Positions 44,284 to 54,499 of a stretch of DNA of 64,000 nt are shown here, in pieces. The stretch is taken from positions 1-64,000 of IMG/VR virus record IMGVR_UViG_3300022719_000039; one strand, 5' to 3'. The stretch comes from a virus. Each line of letters starts with the position of its first letter. Position 1 is the stretch's first letter. The notes under the pieces are model-generated. The model saw only the letters and a list, made by a program, of their open reading frames with translations, was not told the DNA's origin and did not search any database. The position numbers and the translations under genes were made by a program.

Positions 44284-45534
44284 TTAATTTTCAACAGTCA
44301 CCGAACCATCATGCATAAAAGGTATATCAGAAATAGATACCTCTTTATTTACTTCTTCTCTAACTTGTTTTCCACCTTCTTTCCTGTCTGCTTTTGTATC
44401 ATTGAGCCTTGTTAATGCTTCTTTGATTTCCTTTACAGACTTATTACTAACTTGCTTCTTAACTTTATCCCCTAATTTAAAATTCTTCATCTTAAAGTAA
44501 GCAATTTTAAGTTGTGTTTCCTGATCATGGTCTAACTCATTTTGAGTTTTACCATTCTTTACTGGTTTGGTTATATAATCATAAAGCTTTTTAGCTTCGT
44601 TTTTCGTTATTTCAAATTCTCCAATTTTATTTAGGTTAAGAACTTCTTCCTTAAATTGATCTGCCTCTTCCTTCCTCCTTTGTTCTTCCTGTTCGGCTTT
44701 CTGATTTTGTTCCTTAATAAGCCTTTCTTTCTTTTCTTTTTGTACCTTAGCTAAGTACTCTTGTGCTGTTTCAGCCTCTTCTTTAAGAATACCAGCATCT
44801 TCATATTTCTCAATTTTATCTTGTATCTTTTTGTTGTCAGTAATACCTTGATTTATCAAATAATGTTGAATCATAGTCTTTTGATTCAACTCTTCTTCTA
44901 AACCAACTTCCTCATAATTTATTTGATTTTTAAGGTTAAGATATTCATCAAACTTCCCACCCTTCTCATAAAATTCAAGAGCTTGTTTTAACTCTGAATC
45001 TTCAATAGACTCCTTATATATATTAATAGCTTGATTTCTATGATCAGCCAGAAGTTGTTCAAGACCTTCTTCATCTTTAGTATACTCCTTATCATCATCA
45101 ACTTCAATATAATTATTTTTTATAAGAATATCCATAAGTGCAGAATGAGGATTTTCCTCTTCTTCACCTTTATTCTCTTCTTTAAATTCCTTCAGAAAGT
45201 TAACCTCTTCCTTAGTTCTCTCTTCCTCCTTCTTAGAGCTTATCTCTTCTATCTTAGCATCCCTTTCAGCAATAAGCTTATCTTCCTGAACTAATTCTTC
45301 TTTATTAGCAGTCGAAGGTGTATCTTTATCTTGTCTGTTTTCTTCAGGATTTATACCCTCTTTATCATTTTCCTTGTCTTCTACCCCAGACTGATTTTCA
45401 GTATTTTTTTCCTGCTCTTCGGCTTTTTCACCTTTAGTTTCTTGTTTTTCACTTTTTTCTTGTTGTTCCTCTTCTTCACCATCTATTAGTGTTGAAGGAA
45501 CACTGTCCAACTGAAATTGACTATAAAAATCCAT
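44284..45534 (-). CDS. acidic coiled-coil protein, probable scaffold
   Basis: 416 aa, very E/K-rich, directly upstream of the major capsid gene. Confidence 0.6.
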   Translation of the reverse strand: MDFYSQFQLDSVPSTLIDGEEEEQQEKSEKQETKGEKAEEQEKNTENQSGVEDKENDKEGINPEENRQDKDTPSTANKEELVQEDKLIAERDAKIEEISSKKEEERTKEEVNFLKEFKEENKGEEEENPHSALMDILIKNNYIEVDDDKEYTKDEEGLEQLLADHRNQAINIYKESIEDSELKQALEFYEKGGKFDEYLNLKNQINYEEVGLEEELNQKTMIQHYLINQGITDNKKIQDKIEKYEDAGILKEEAETAQEYLAKVQKEKKERLIKEQNQKAEQEEQRRKEEADQFKEEVLNLNKIGEFEITKNEAKKLYDYITKPVKNGKTQNELDHDQETQLKIAYFKMKNFKLGDKVKKQVSNKSVKEIKEALTRLNDTKADRKEGGKQVREEVNKEVSISDIPFMHDGSVTVEN

Positions 45535-45562
45535 GTTTTTACTATTCTTTACTTAATTAAAC

Positions 45563-45614
45563 CAAATATAAATTAGAGGTCATGAAAAACATGAAATTTT
45601 TCATGTTTTTTATG
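45563..45614 (-). promoter_or_regulatory. Bacteroidota-type -7 box with an upstream long palindrome (candidate late promoter and operator)
   Basis: TATATTTG on the minus strand (45563-45570). Palindrome AAAAACATGAAA-TT-TTTCATGTTTTT (45585-45610) sits where the -33 box would be. Confidence 0.55.
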
Positions 45615-45626
45615 AAACTTTAGCAA

Positions 45627-45962
45627 CTATACAAAGTCTCCTTGTATAGAATCCTTTTCTGTACTCTCTTCTATAGGTACAGACTTAACAGATGTAACAT
45701 CAAACCTTGCTATTAAGTCATCAGGAGTTAGTTCTCCATTCTCTATCTCAAATTGATCAGGCTTTCTAGTTTCTGTTTGTATTACATCTACTTGTAATCT
45801 ATATCTACCATTAACTTTCCATAGTTTTATTTCTGGTAGTTCTTTGCTATTAAATCTTAAACTAGTTATTGATTCAGGTACACTTACCTCTTTAACAACT
45901 CTACCTTCCTCGTTTTTTACCTTTATTAGTTTTGTTCCCATCATTTTTGTTTTTAATGTCAA
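45627..45962 (-). CDS. hypothetical protein
   Basis: 111-aa ORF overlapping the 3' end of the portal gene. Confidence 0.6.
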   Translation of the reverse strand: MTLKTKMMGTKLIKVKNEEGRVVKEVSVPESITSLRFNSKELPEIKLWKVNGRYRLQVDVIQTETRKPDQFEIENGELTPDDLIARFDVTSVKSVPIEESTEKDSIQGDFV

Positions 45963-48363
45963 ATCTATTTTTATTTTCTTTAGCTACTTTAAGCTTGGTA
46001 TCTATTTCCTTATCTTTAAGTTCCAGTTCTTTATCTTTCTGCTCTAATTCTTTTCTCTTATTCTCTCTGTCCGTTCTAAACTTTTCTATTTCAAGTACAT
46101 CTAAAACATCATTTGCATCTTGATCTGTTATACCTAAATCTGTTAATGCTTTTATTTGAGCTACTCTAATATCTTTTTCTCTATCTAATCTAGCACGTTC
46201 ATCTTCTCTATCTTCTTTAGCTAATTCTCTAGTAGTTCTTTCCCTCTCTACTGATATCTGAGTTTCTCTTTCTGCTTGAGATTGTCTTTCTGCTTGATCT
46301 CTTCTCTTATCTATAGCTTTTTGTACAATATTAGTTGCTTCCGATAATGATCCTGAAGTTAATACATTAACTACATCATTTAACTCGGCTGCTCCTGAAG
46401 CAATCATATTTTCAGCTAATAATTCTATCTTCCTAAATATTCTTGAATCTCTGCTGCTATTTGTAACAAATATTCCTAATTCTGAATCATTTAAAAGTTC
46501 TCCATCTATTTCTAATACTATTCTTTCTCCATTATCAAGAATGCCTGATAACTTCCCCCCGTCAGCATATGCTATCTGTGCTAATCTAAGTAATTGATTT
46601 AAATATTGCTCCTTGACACTATTATGTTCAAAAAATATAGGTTCGGTTATATTAGCACTTTGGTTTATTGATCTTTCTATTCCACCAACTGTTTCTCTGC
46701 TTTGTATTTGAGCTTCCCTTTGAGGGCTAACACCAGAAACAACACTTACTAAGCTTTCAATCTTTTCAAGTATTGCTATATATTGTCCTATAACTTGAGA
46801 CATAGTTCTATCTATAGATGTAAAACCATTAAAGTTAGGACTTCTTCCTTTATTTACTCCTTTCTGACCTTCTTCAAAACTATTTATGAAAGCTATGTTG
46901 CCGTTATCTAAATATTGTATCCATTTATCAATATCCATTCCTTCGCTTTTTGGTAAATAAGCTAAATCCATTATGAATGCTTTACCTTTAGCTTTAGCCA
47001 TCTCATTTTCTAACCTAAACCAAGTTATATTATATAAGTACTGGTGTGGTTTAAGTAAGTCTACTAAACTTCTCCCTTCTGAATTTATATTGTTATATAT
47101 TCTTCCTATAAAAGGTAATTTCGCTCTTCCTATTCTTCTAGGGTCTGCAATCTGATTAGGTATAGGTTGTTTTACAGGAAATATATCATCTCCTATTCTA
47201 GTCCCTTCCCATATCTCATCAATCCATTGCCATTCAATTACAAACCCTGCTTCCTTATGTTCTTCTGTAAGCTTAAAACTCTCATCTACTATTGTCTCCC
47301 TTAAATCCCCTTCTTCATCAATCCATGTAAGAAAACCTATCTTACGCAATGCTCTCCAAGCAAAATCTGCTACCCTTATATGACTTCTAGTGCTATTATA
47401 GTAATTATCCCTATTACTATGTGGTTTATCTCTATACGCAAATTCAGGAAAATATTTGCTACTATTCATAGCATGTCCTACATCCCCTCTATCAATCCTT
47501 CTAACTTCATCATCAGTTAAAAATTCTCCATACTCATCTATAACCTGAGAAGAAGATAAATATCTTTCTTCTCTTGCCCATTTAGAATCTTCTACTCTAT
47601 CACAACTAGGGTTTTTATCAAATTCAAAACCTAAAGGATTAACTACTCTGCCAGTAGGATGGCCATTCCTTATACCTGTATAATAAAATTCTTCTCCCGC
47701 AACTAAAGCATGAAACATACCCTTATTAAATTTCTCCTCTATGTTGTCATTTTTGATTAATATTTTCATAAGTTTGCCTGACAACTCTTCTCTTCTTTCC
47801 CTATAGGTTTTATCAAATTCATCAACTACCTTTTGAGGTTCTGGTGGTAATACCTTCTGCCCTGTTACCGGATCAGTAGGTATAGTTGAAGGATCAATTA
47901 ATGAATTTACTAATCTTTGTAAAGACTCTCTTATAATTTCATTTCTTCTAGTTAAGGTTGTATTTAAAGATTCTCCACCTAATCCCATTACCTTCCAGTC
48001 AAAAGGACGGGTCATTTCTTCTCCCCTATGCAAATTAACTTTACTTGAAACTATATTAATATCCCTTATCTTAGCAGGACTACCCATGAACTTCTCTTCA
48101 GGAATATTATAAGGATTCAATACATAATTTAAATCATCCTCATTAAATATACTATTCATCAAGTCATAATTGACTTGTTTCCTATGCTTGCTACTTCTAC
48201 CCTGATCATCAAGAGCAGCAGCCAATACATCAATAGCTTCCATAGTATTTTCAGCCCATTTACCTGTCTTTTCCCTTCTACTTAGTTTTTGTCTTGGAAT
48301 TACAGGCGTACTATGAGGATTACTTTGTGAAAACTTATCTACTAAACTTAGGCTACTTCCCAT
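45901..48363 (-). CDS. portal protein
   Basis: 820 aa after TerL, with P.QKL...K...W, NYDL.N, L.GEE..RPF, EIWEGTRIG, SLVD..KP.QYLYN and GV..QR..QI...ETVG..ER. Confidence 0.88.
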   Translation of the reverse strand: MGSSLSLVDKFSQSNPHSTPVIPRQKLSRREKTGKWAENTMEAIDVLAAALDDQGRSSKHRKQVNYDLMNSIFNEDDLNYVLNPYNIPEEKFMGSPAKIRDINIVSSKVNLHRGEEMTRPFDWKVMGLGGESLNTTLTRRNEIIRESLQRLVNSLIDPSTIPTDPVTGQKVLPPEPQKVVDEFDKTYRERREELSGKLMKILIKNDNIEEKFNKGMFHALVAGEEFYYTGIRNGHPTGRVVNPLGFEFDKNPSCDRVEDSKWAREERYLSSSQVIDEYGEFLTDDEVRRIDRGDVGHAMNSSKYFPEFAYRDKPHSNRDNYYNSTRSHIRVADFAWRALRKIGFLTWIDEEGDLRETIVDESFKLTEEHKEAGFVIEWQWIDEIWEGTRIGDDIFPVKQPIPNQIADPRRIGRAKLPFIGRIYNNINSEGRSLVDLLKPHQYLYNITWFRLENEMAKAKGKAFIMDLAYLPKSEGMDIDKWIQYLDNGNIAFINSFEEGQKGVNKGRSPNFNGFTSIDRTMSQVIGQYIAILEKIESLVSVVSGVSPQREAQIQSRETVGGIERSINQSANITEPIFFEHNSVKEQYLNQLLRLAQIAYADGGKLSGILDNGERIVLEIDGELLNDSELGIFVTNSSRDSRIFRKIELLAENMIASGAAELNDVVNVLTSGSLSEATNIVQKAIDKRRDQAERQSQAERETQISVERERTTRELAKEDREDERARLDREKDIRVAQIKALTDLGITDQDANDVLDVLEIEKFRTDRENKRKELEQKDKELELKDKEIDTKLKVAKENKNRFDIKNKNDGNKTNKGKKRGR

Positions 48364-50594
48364 GATGAATTATTATTTGTAAACAGTTTTCTATTAAAAA
48401 AATTACCTAAAGCTTTATCTACTTCTTTCTGTCTTGCACCTTCTATCCTTAATCTATAATTTTGATTCTTATGCAATATTAATAACATTAAAGATATAAC
48501 CCTGTCAAAATTACCTTTGTCATTATAATTAATAAGTTCACTTAAAGCAGGTTTAGACTTTATACCCATATATTGAGGCCTTCCATCTACACCTTCTTCT
48601 ACCAGAAAATCCCTTAACATTATCTCAAGTTCCCGCTTTATAGATTTAGTCATATGGATACCAAAACCTCTATTTACTGTAGTATTTTCAGTAGCCTTTA
48701 ATATATCCGGTGTATTTTTTAATAAATATAACGAACCTTTAGACTCAAAGTGAAATTTCATAGAGTTTTTCTCATTCTCATATAAGTCTAAAGCTCCATA
48801 AAACATACAAAGTCTTCTAACAATTTCATGATGTTCTGAAGCTGTTGCAGGTCTTCCTGTATACTCTGCAACTACCTTATATATAGGAGTATCGGAAAGA
48901 TCATAACATTGCATTATAAAGGTAGAACCTAAAGAAGTAGAATTTGGTGCATTATCCTGATCATAAGTATCTGTAGAACCTATAAACATTCCATGTGGTA
49001 TAACTGTTGATCCAAAAGCATCCAGCAATTCTTCCGGTGATGGAGGAAAATCCCATATAACTACACAGCCTTCAGCATTTGCCTCTGAATCTACAGGATA
49101 ACCTGCTGGTTCTAAGTTGTTATCAATGTCTGGTTCAAACTTAACATCTTTATCAACACCAATTATAAGTTCTCCTGCTATGCCGTTTACTTCAGGAGTA
49201 TCTATAGACTTTAGATAACCTAAGTATTCTTTCATATCTCCTATAGGAAATATATTAGAATTGGTATCTAAAAAAGCTTCACTGGGAACTAAAGGACGGT
49301 TTTGTAACTCATCATTATAAGGTTTTTTAGTAGCCATTGATTTTTTCTTAGCTCTTATAATGTTAAGGTATTCTTTAGCAGCCTCTTCATTAGTTATACC
49401 TTCACTATCTTTAAACTCATTAAGGGCCTTAGTAGCTGGTACAAAGTATCCTATACTACCAGTGTTTTCCCATTCATCAGTAAAGACTAAACAATCATAA
49501 GAATCAGGATCATTAAATATAGCCTTAGCAGCTTCAGTACTTCCTCCTTCCATATCTCCACCAGTACCCATACACCAGATAGTACCTCTACGCCTTCCAT
49601 CATCCATAGTTACATATTCCAAAGAGCCTAATGCACTCGGTAATATATCGAAAAATCCTACTTCTTCAAGATATGTAAGTCCCGGTCTGGTTCCATTGCC
49701 GGCTACAGGATTATGTTTAAAAGTTCTATGATGTATTAATGAACCAGTACCTTTAGTCTTCCAACCCCCTCCTGCCATTTTAATATCATATCTGGCTTCT
49801 ATAGGTTTCTTACCTGAATCCCATGTACCTCTAAATAATTTTGAAAAAGGCGGAGGATAATATGACTCTCTATACCTTGTTCCTCCTTCAAGTTCGTCCA
49901 AACCAAATCTTACCTTTGTTAATAAATCACTTGAATAGGCTGCATCTATTGCTCCTACTAAAGTTTCAGACATTGTATCATTATCAACTTCATAATCAGT
50001 AGAGCCGTCCATAAGAAAATACCAACCAATGTTACTAGCAGCAAAGTAGCTCTTACCAGTACCTCTTGACTCTATATCCATTACATTCTTTGCAGGATTA
50101 ATATATAAAGGTTTTCCCATGTTCCCCGGATGAATAGCATTAAGATATTCTCTGGCAGGTATGTATTTATAAACATTGTACCTTCTGGAATTATTAACTA
50201 TAGTATCATGTATATCTTCAGAGTATTCTATTATTCTATCCTCTTTCAAGTCCCTCAACATTTCCCTACCTTCGTATGTTATATCACAAGTACTATTTTT
50301 ATCCTCTGAAAAACCACTAAATCCTCTAGCTTCCTGAAATATCTTAGACTTTTCCCACTCTAAATCTCTTAGGAAAGGTTTTGCTTTAATTTTAGACTTG
50401 GAATGTGGGTTTTTATTCAGCATTATATGCCAGAAGTTGATATAGAAATATAAATTAGGAGGCATCCATTTACCCCCTACCCAATGACCTTCAATACATC
50501 GTCTTTTTTGTTCCTTCCACCAAGTTATTCTATCACTTGATAAAGGATGTAAATCCGGTACGTTGTTTATAAGAAAGTTTTTATTTTCTACCAT
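48348..50594 (-). CDS. terL: terminase large subunit
   Basis: WW.EQKRRC.EG, LYFYINF, Walker A-like SRGTGKS, Walker B LEEVG, GTGG, nuclease D.YDQD, VAEYTGRP, YENE and NFDRV. Confidence 0.92.
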   Translation of the reverse strand: MVENKNFLINNVPDLHPLSSDRITWWKEQKRRCIEGHWVGGKWMPPNLYFYINFWHIMLNKNPHSKSKIKAKPFLRDLEWEKSKIFQEARGFSGFSEDKNSTCDITYEGREMLRDLKEDRIIEYSEDIHDTIVNNSRRYNVYKYIPAREYLNAIHPGNMGKPLYINPAKNVMDIESRGTGKSYFAASNIGWYFLMDGSTDYEVDNDTMSETLVGAIDAAYSSDLLTKVRFGLDELEGGTRYRESYYPPPFSKLFRGTWDSGKKPIEARYDIKMAGGGWKTKGTGSLIHHRTFKHNPVAGNGTRPGLTYLEEVGFFDILPSALGSLEYVTMDDGRRRGTIWCMGTGGDMEGGSTEAAKAIFNDPDSYDCLVFTDEWENTGSIGYFVPATKALNEFKDSEGITNEEAAKEYLNIIRAKKKSMATKKPYNDELQNRPLVPSEAFLDTNSNIFPIGDMKEYLGYLKSIDTPEVNGIAGELIIGVDKDVKFEPDIDNNLEPAGYPVDSEANAEGCVVIWDFPPSPEELLDAFGSTVIPHGMFIGSTDTYDQDNAPNSTSLGSTFIMQCYDLSDTPIYKVVAEYTGRPATASEHHEIVRRLCMFYGALDLYENEKNSMKFHFESKGSLYLLKNTPDILKATENTTVNRGFGIHMTKSIKRELEIMLRDFLVEEGVDGRPQYMGIKSKPALSELINYNDKGNFDRVISLMLLILHKNQNYRLRIEGARQKEVDKALGNFFNRKLFTNNNSSWEVA

Positions 50595-50778
50595 TTACCT
50601 TTTTAGGCATGAAAGTACCTAAGTATTGCAATCTTATGTCTTTCCCCTTCCTGTTATCCGCACTCTCTCTAAACTTGTATGCTGTGTACTTAAATTCATA
50701 CCTACAAACTTCCCTTACTAAGTCTTCAGGTAAATTCATTTCTTCTACTACATCTTGTATTATAGGATCAGTATTCAT
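50581..50778 (-). CDS. small HU/IHF-like protein
   Basis: 65 aa with II..V.EE..LP...V..V and IRL.YLGTF. Confidence 0.6.
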   Translation of the reverse strand: MNTDPIIQDVVEEMNLPEDLVREVCRYEFKYTAYKFRESADNRKGKDIRLQYLGTFMPKKVNGRK

Positions 50779-51302
50779 TATATCATATCAGCATCAGAAA
50801 GACTAGGTTCTTTCTTTCCTCTAACTTCTCCTTGAGTATCAGACAAAAATACTTCTTCTTTAAGCTTATTCATAGCCTTGAATATCTTTTCCTCACTTAA
50901 AATCATCTTATCTATCATATCCCAATTATCCTCACGATAATCAAGATCATTAAAGAACTGTGTTCTCTCTTCCAGTTTTTTCTTATTAACCCTGTACTTT
51001 CTATGTAAAGTTGTATCAAACACATCAATATATGCTGAACAAAGTTCATCACACATTTTTTTATTCTTTACATAGTAGTTAGAATCCTGCATTATATTAA
51101 GACCTACTAAACTAGCTCTATCTTCAAAGGGCATTTCAAACAATTCACTATCTATATCCCAAGTATAAGCTACAAACCACATTATACTAGAACTTTCTTC
51201 TTCTCCCTTGTCCTTTATCAAAGACTTAAAAGGTTCTATGGTCTTTAACTGCTTATGAACTTCCCAATAATTTAATGTAGAATCTAATATTTTTCTATTC
51301 AT
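50778..51302 (-). CDS. conserved hypothetical protein (possible terminase small subunit)
   Basis: 174-aa helical protein two genes upstream of terL, ending in VRG...S. Confidence 0.4.
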   Translation of the reverse strand: MNRKILDSTLNYWEVHKQLKTIEPFKSLIKDKGEEESSSIMWFVAYTWDIDSELFEMPFEDRASLVGLNIMQDSNYYVKNKKMCDELCSAYIDVFDTTLHRKYRVNKKKLEERTQFFNDLDYREDNWDMIDKMILSEEKIFKAMNKLKEEVFLSDTQGEVRGKKEPSLSDADMI

Positions 51303-51913
51303 TTTTCTTTATCATAATCTTCTACAACAACTTCAGAATCAAATAATCCTTCAGACTCGTTCGGTTCTATTTTAGTAATAACTTTGGTACTACTATCATT
51401 TACCCTTTTACCTTCTTCACTATACTTATAAGGATTATCAACATAAACTTCTTCCTTTGGTACAGTTTGTTTCTTTTCCTTTTTCATTTTACTTTTCTTT
51501 TTAGTTTTGACTGTATTTTTTACATTTTTTATAGAATTGTCTTCTTTTGAAATACTTTTCTCATCATTTATTAAAAAACTAAAAGAAATTTCCAAATCTG
51601 GTATAAGCCTTTGATCAAACTTAGACATATTACTTATAATATTTTTAGTTTTTAAGTTACTTAGATGATTGTGAAAACTATTTAAACTCATATCAGCATC
51701 TGTACTCATCTTCTTTTTTCTTTCACTTGAAAATAATAGTTCAGATAAGTATGGTTCTTCTACTTTACTAATGAGTTGAATATAATTTTTTACTAACTCT
51801 GCTAATACTTTAAGCTCACTATCTGTTATGCCTAATGCCCCTTTAAACAAAGAAAGATAAATATGTATAAACTCATCATGATCTTTGCAATTTACTTTTA
51901 TTCTTTTCATCAA
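51299..51913 (-). CDS. winged-HTH DNA-binding protein
   Basis: ITD.EL.VL and S.NSF.N.L..LK.K.II recognition-helix pattern. Confidence 0.55.
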   Translation of the reverse strand: MMKRIKVNCKDHDEFIHIYLSLFKGALGITDSELKVLAELVKNYIQLISKVEEPYLSELLFSSERKKKMSTDADMSLNSFHNHLSNLKTKNIISNMSKFDQRLIPDLEISFSFLINDEKSISKEDNSIKNVKNTVKTKKKSKMKKEKKQTVPKEEVYVDNPYKYSEEGKRVNDSSTKVITKIEPNESEGLFDSEVVVEDYDKEK

Positions 51914-52073
51914 ACTTTAGTTCTACTTTAAGACTACTATCCTTTAATATATAGGTCGTTATGTCTACTAAAATATCTGGATTATCTTCTTCGTAGCTAA
52001 ACACTACCGCTTCTATAAATTCAATACACTCTAGATATTCATCTACATCAAGTAAATATTCTATTACTCTCAT
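51876..52073 (-). CDS. hypothetical protein
   Basis: 65-aa ORF coupled to its neighbours. Confidence 0.55.
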   Translation of the reverse strand: MRVIEYLLDVDEYLECIEFIEAVVFSYEEDNPDILVDITTYILKDSSLKVELKFDEKNKSKLQRS

Positions 52074-52396
52074 CCTCTTAATCCTGTTGTAAGATATATT
52101 TCAGCATAAGCATTATTATCAATAACCATATGCCATTTCAATAAGTAATTTACTTTATAATTACCATTCTTATCTTTAACCTTAATAATCTTTTTTAACA
52201 CAAATAAGTTACCATCATTACTTATACATACTACTATTAATTCGTTATCAGAAAACTTATCCTTCTTAATCCAAACACTTCCTTTCTTCCTTCCTTCTCC
52301 TTTAACTCTTCTAAACCCAAAGTCCTCTGGTAACCAGTCATTAAGTTTATAAGAATCTAATTCCTTTATTGTTCCTAAAGCAGATTCATTTTCCAT
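52070..52396 (-). CDS. hypothetical protein
   Basis: 108-aa ORF. Confidence 0.6.
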   Translation of the reverse strand: MENESALGTIKELDSYKLNDWLPEDFGFRRVKGEGRKKGSVWIKKDKFSDNELIVVCISNDGNLFVLKKIIKVKDKNGNYKVNYLLKWHMVIDNNAYAEIYLTTGLRG

Positions 52397-52422
52397 AATT
52401 ATCTAATATACACATTATAAGC

Positions 52423-52451
52423 AAAAACCCTACTCCTTAGTAGGGTTTTTT
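52423..52451. terminator. intrinsic terminator, potentially bidirectional
   Basis: AAAAACCCTACT-CCTT-AGTAGGGTTTTT perfect hairpin with flanking A and T runs. Confidence 0.85.
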
Positions 52452-52504
52452 ACTTAAACCTAAAACAACTATAACGATAACCTTAACAAACTTATGTAAT
52501 CATC

Positions 52505-52708
52505 TTAATACTTCCGTAACTTAGACTTTTCATTACTTGTTAAAGAATCATAAAGCTCATCAGGAGATTCCATTCCTCTAGCTTTATCTGCTCTCTTCTT
52601 CGATTCTTTAACATCATCTCCAAACACATTTTGAAATAATTCTGCTGCATACTGTCTGGTAACATCCAAATTTTGCTTGACATTTACAAATAACTCATCT
52701 TTTGTCAT
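52505..52708 (-). CDS. hypothetical protein
   Basis: 67-aa ORF. Confidence 0.55.
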   Translation of the reverse strand: MTKDELFVNVKQNLDVTRQYAAELFQNVFGDDVKESKKRADKARGMESPDELYDSLTSNEKSKLRKY

Positions 52709-52731
52709 GATATTTTCACCTTTTAATTTTT

Positions 52732-52953
52732 TTAATAAAACTTTAATTTCTTCGGTTTATTTTCCTTTAACTTTCTAAAAGTTTTAGTAAAATCAATATA
52801 TTCATCATCTGGTTTATTTGCTTCATATAATAATTTATACCCTGCTAACATTGGCCCTATATGTCCACAACCTGAACATCTTATTCTTTTATTGTTAGCA
52901 AGAATTTTAAAATGATGAACTTCTCCACAACTACTACAAATCTTTGCCAGCAT
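52732..52953 (-). CDS. zinc-ribbon protein
   Basis: CSSCG...CSGCG. Confidence 0.65.
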   Translation of the reverse strand: MLAKICSSCGEVHHFKILANNKRIRCSGCGHIGPMLAGYKLLYEANKPDDEYIDFTKTFRKLKENKPKKLKFY

Positions 52954-53408
52954 TAGTTTTTAGTTGACGTTAATTTAGCATGTAATTTATTCTTCAATGA
53001 TATTGACTCAAATACCCCCTTTACATTATATAAGTTCATTACAGATAATTCTTTTCCCTCTATAAGTATCTGAGGCCCTACAGGTTCTACTCCCATTACT
53101 ACTCTATCTCCTATATTAATGTTCATATCCTTTGCTTTTTTACTTATAGCAACTACATAAGGACATATATCCTTAGTACCTAATCCCATGTCCTTGATCT
53201 TCTTAGCAATATATTCTGTTAATTGTTTTTCCTTTCCATCCGGCACAGTTATACCAAGTTCAGCAGATAATATAGAATCAGGAAGTGTTATTAATATAGT
53301 ACCATCTACTGGTCTAAAACCATACTTCCTTACTAAATCAATTTCTTTAAAAACTCTTGCTACTTCTTTCTTTACGTCATACTTTTTACTAACTCCGTTA
53401 CTTTTCAT
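52953..53408 (-). CDS. GroES-like co-chaperonin (divergent)
   Basis: FRPV...ILI, VVAI......INIGDRVV and IEGKEL.VM....V.GV follow the GroES pattern. Confidence 0.6.
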   Translation of the reverse strand: MKSNGVSKKYDVKKEVARVFKEIDLVRKYGFRPVDGTILITLPDSILSAELGITVPDGKEKQLTEYIAKKIKDMGLGTKDICPYVVAISKKAKDMNINIGDRVVMGVEPVGPQILIEGKELSVMNLYNVKGVFESISLKNKLHAKLTSTKN

Positions 53409-53503
53409 GTTCTAATGAATTTAAATTTATACGTTAGAGAAAATAGTCCATATTCTCTAAAAATTTTAATAGCTTTCATCTGTTAGTTATCATTCTTAAT
53501 TTG

Positions 53504-53725
53504 TTAATTATCATCTCTTAATTTGTCAAAAGTTAACTTTATTTTTTCCATCATAGCATCATTATTCTTTATAAGTCTATCTATTAATGCAAGTTTAGCA
53601 GGATGAAACCTATGTTCTCTCCTACTATCTTTTTTATCTAACAATAACCTCTCTCTGTAATGTATATACATTTTTGACATCTGCTTATGAGGTCTTAGTA
53701 ATTGTACTAGTTCCATAATGTGCAC
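53504..53725 (-). CDS. hypothetical protein
   Basis: 73-aa ORF. Confidence 0.5.
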   Translation of the reverse strand: MHIMELVQLLRPHKQMSKMYIHYRERLLLDKKDSRREHRFHPAKLALIDRLIKNNDAMMEKIKLTFDKLRDDN

Positions 53726-53740
53726 TTCTTTAATTATAAA

Positions 53741-54127
53741 TCATACATAAAATCCTATAACTTTTTTAATTTCTTTACAATTAATACATCTAATTGCCTT
53801 TCCATCTAAACTAAGCCTTAAAACATTTCTATCCTTACAAATGTTACATAAAACAGTATCCAACTCTATATCAACTAAATTATTCTTAATAAAAACTGTT
53901 GGTTGTCCAAAACCATTATTAGCTCTTATATTATATCCTTTACTGGCATTTGAACCGGGTAATACTTTTATTATATCTCCTGTCTTACCTATTGTATCTT
54001 TACCTATCTTTATAGGCCCGTTTACCACCCTTACATATCTATCTTCATTCTGCTCATATCTTTCCCTCAACGTCTTTAAGTAGTGACTAAATACATAGTC
54101 ATTAAATTTTACTATACCAGACATCAT
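53741..54127 (-). CDS. hypothetical protein with C-terminal CxxC...CxxC
   Basis: CNIC...CINC. First gene of the minus-strand arm. Confidence 0.6.
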   Translation of the reverse strand: MMSGIVKFNDYVFSHYLKTLRERYEQNEDRYVRVVNGPIKIGKDTIGKTGDIIKVLPGSNASKGYNIRANNGFGQPTVFIKNNLVDIELDTVLCNICKDRNVLRLSLDGKAIRCINCKEIKKVIGFYV

Positions 54128-54274
54128 TTAATCCGCAAAATATAAGAACTTATTTTTAGATTTCAAAGTATAATATGGCGTCAAACATGAAAAATATTAA
54201 CATTTTTCATAAATTTATAAGTAATTCTTGTTTATTCGTGAAAAATAACATAATTTGAAATAAATTAACATATT
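54128..54274. promoter_or_regulatory. divergent promoter region with palindrome
   Basis: Strand switch. ATGAAAAAT-N6-ATTTTTCAT at 54187-54210, with near-consensus TAnnTTTG-like boxes on both sides. Confidence 0.5.
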
Positions 54275-54499
54275 ATGGATACAAACATTAAACATTTTAG
54301 TGAAGAAGACTTTAGAATAATGTTAAACAGAATAACAAAGAACGGACAAAAGTTTAGAAACTTCTCAGACTTACTAAGTAGTTATAACTTATACATACCT
54401 ATAATATCATTAGTACATGATGTACTTAACGAAAAACAACAAACAGAGGAAAATATAGATACAGAATATGAAGAACTTCACAGTAAAAGAATATCTTAG
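54275..54499 (+). CDS. hypothetical protein
   Basis: 74-aa ORF, first of the plus-strand arm. Confidence 0.55.
   Translation: MDTNIKHFSEEDFRIMLNRITKNGQKFRNFSDLLSSYNLYIPIISLVHDVLNEKQQTEENIDTEYEELHSKRIS

Noticed and set aside
14882-50594. Introns or inteins in vRNAP, capsid or terminase genes
   Set aside because: The ORFs are continuous, and I saw no LAGLIDADG, HNH or C...HN intein signatures. A divergent intein cannot be fully excluded by eye.
3278-54083. The many plus-strand ORFs of 60-160 aa within the virion module (e.g. 5432-5749, 21105-21575, 27504-27926, 35900-36337)
   Set aside because: They are antisense shadows of long minus-strand genes, with S/L/F-rich composition and no motifs.
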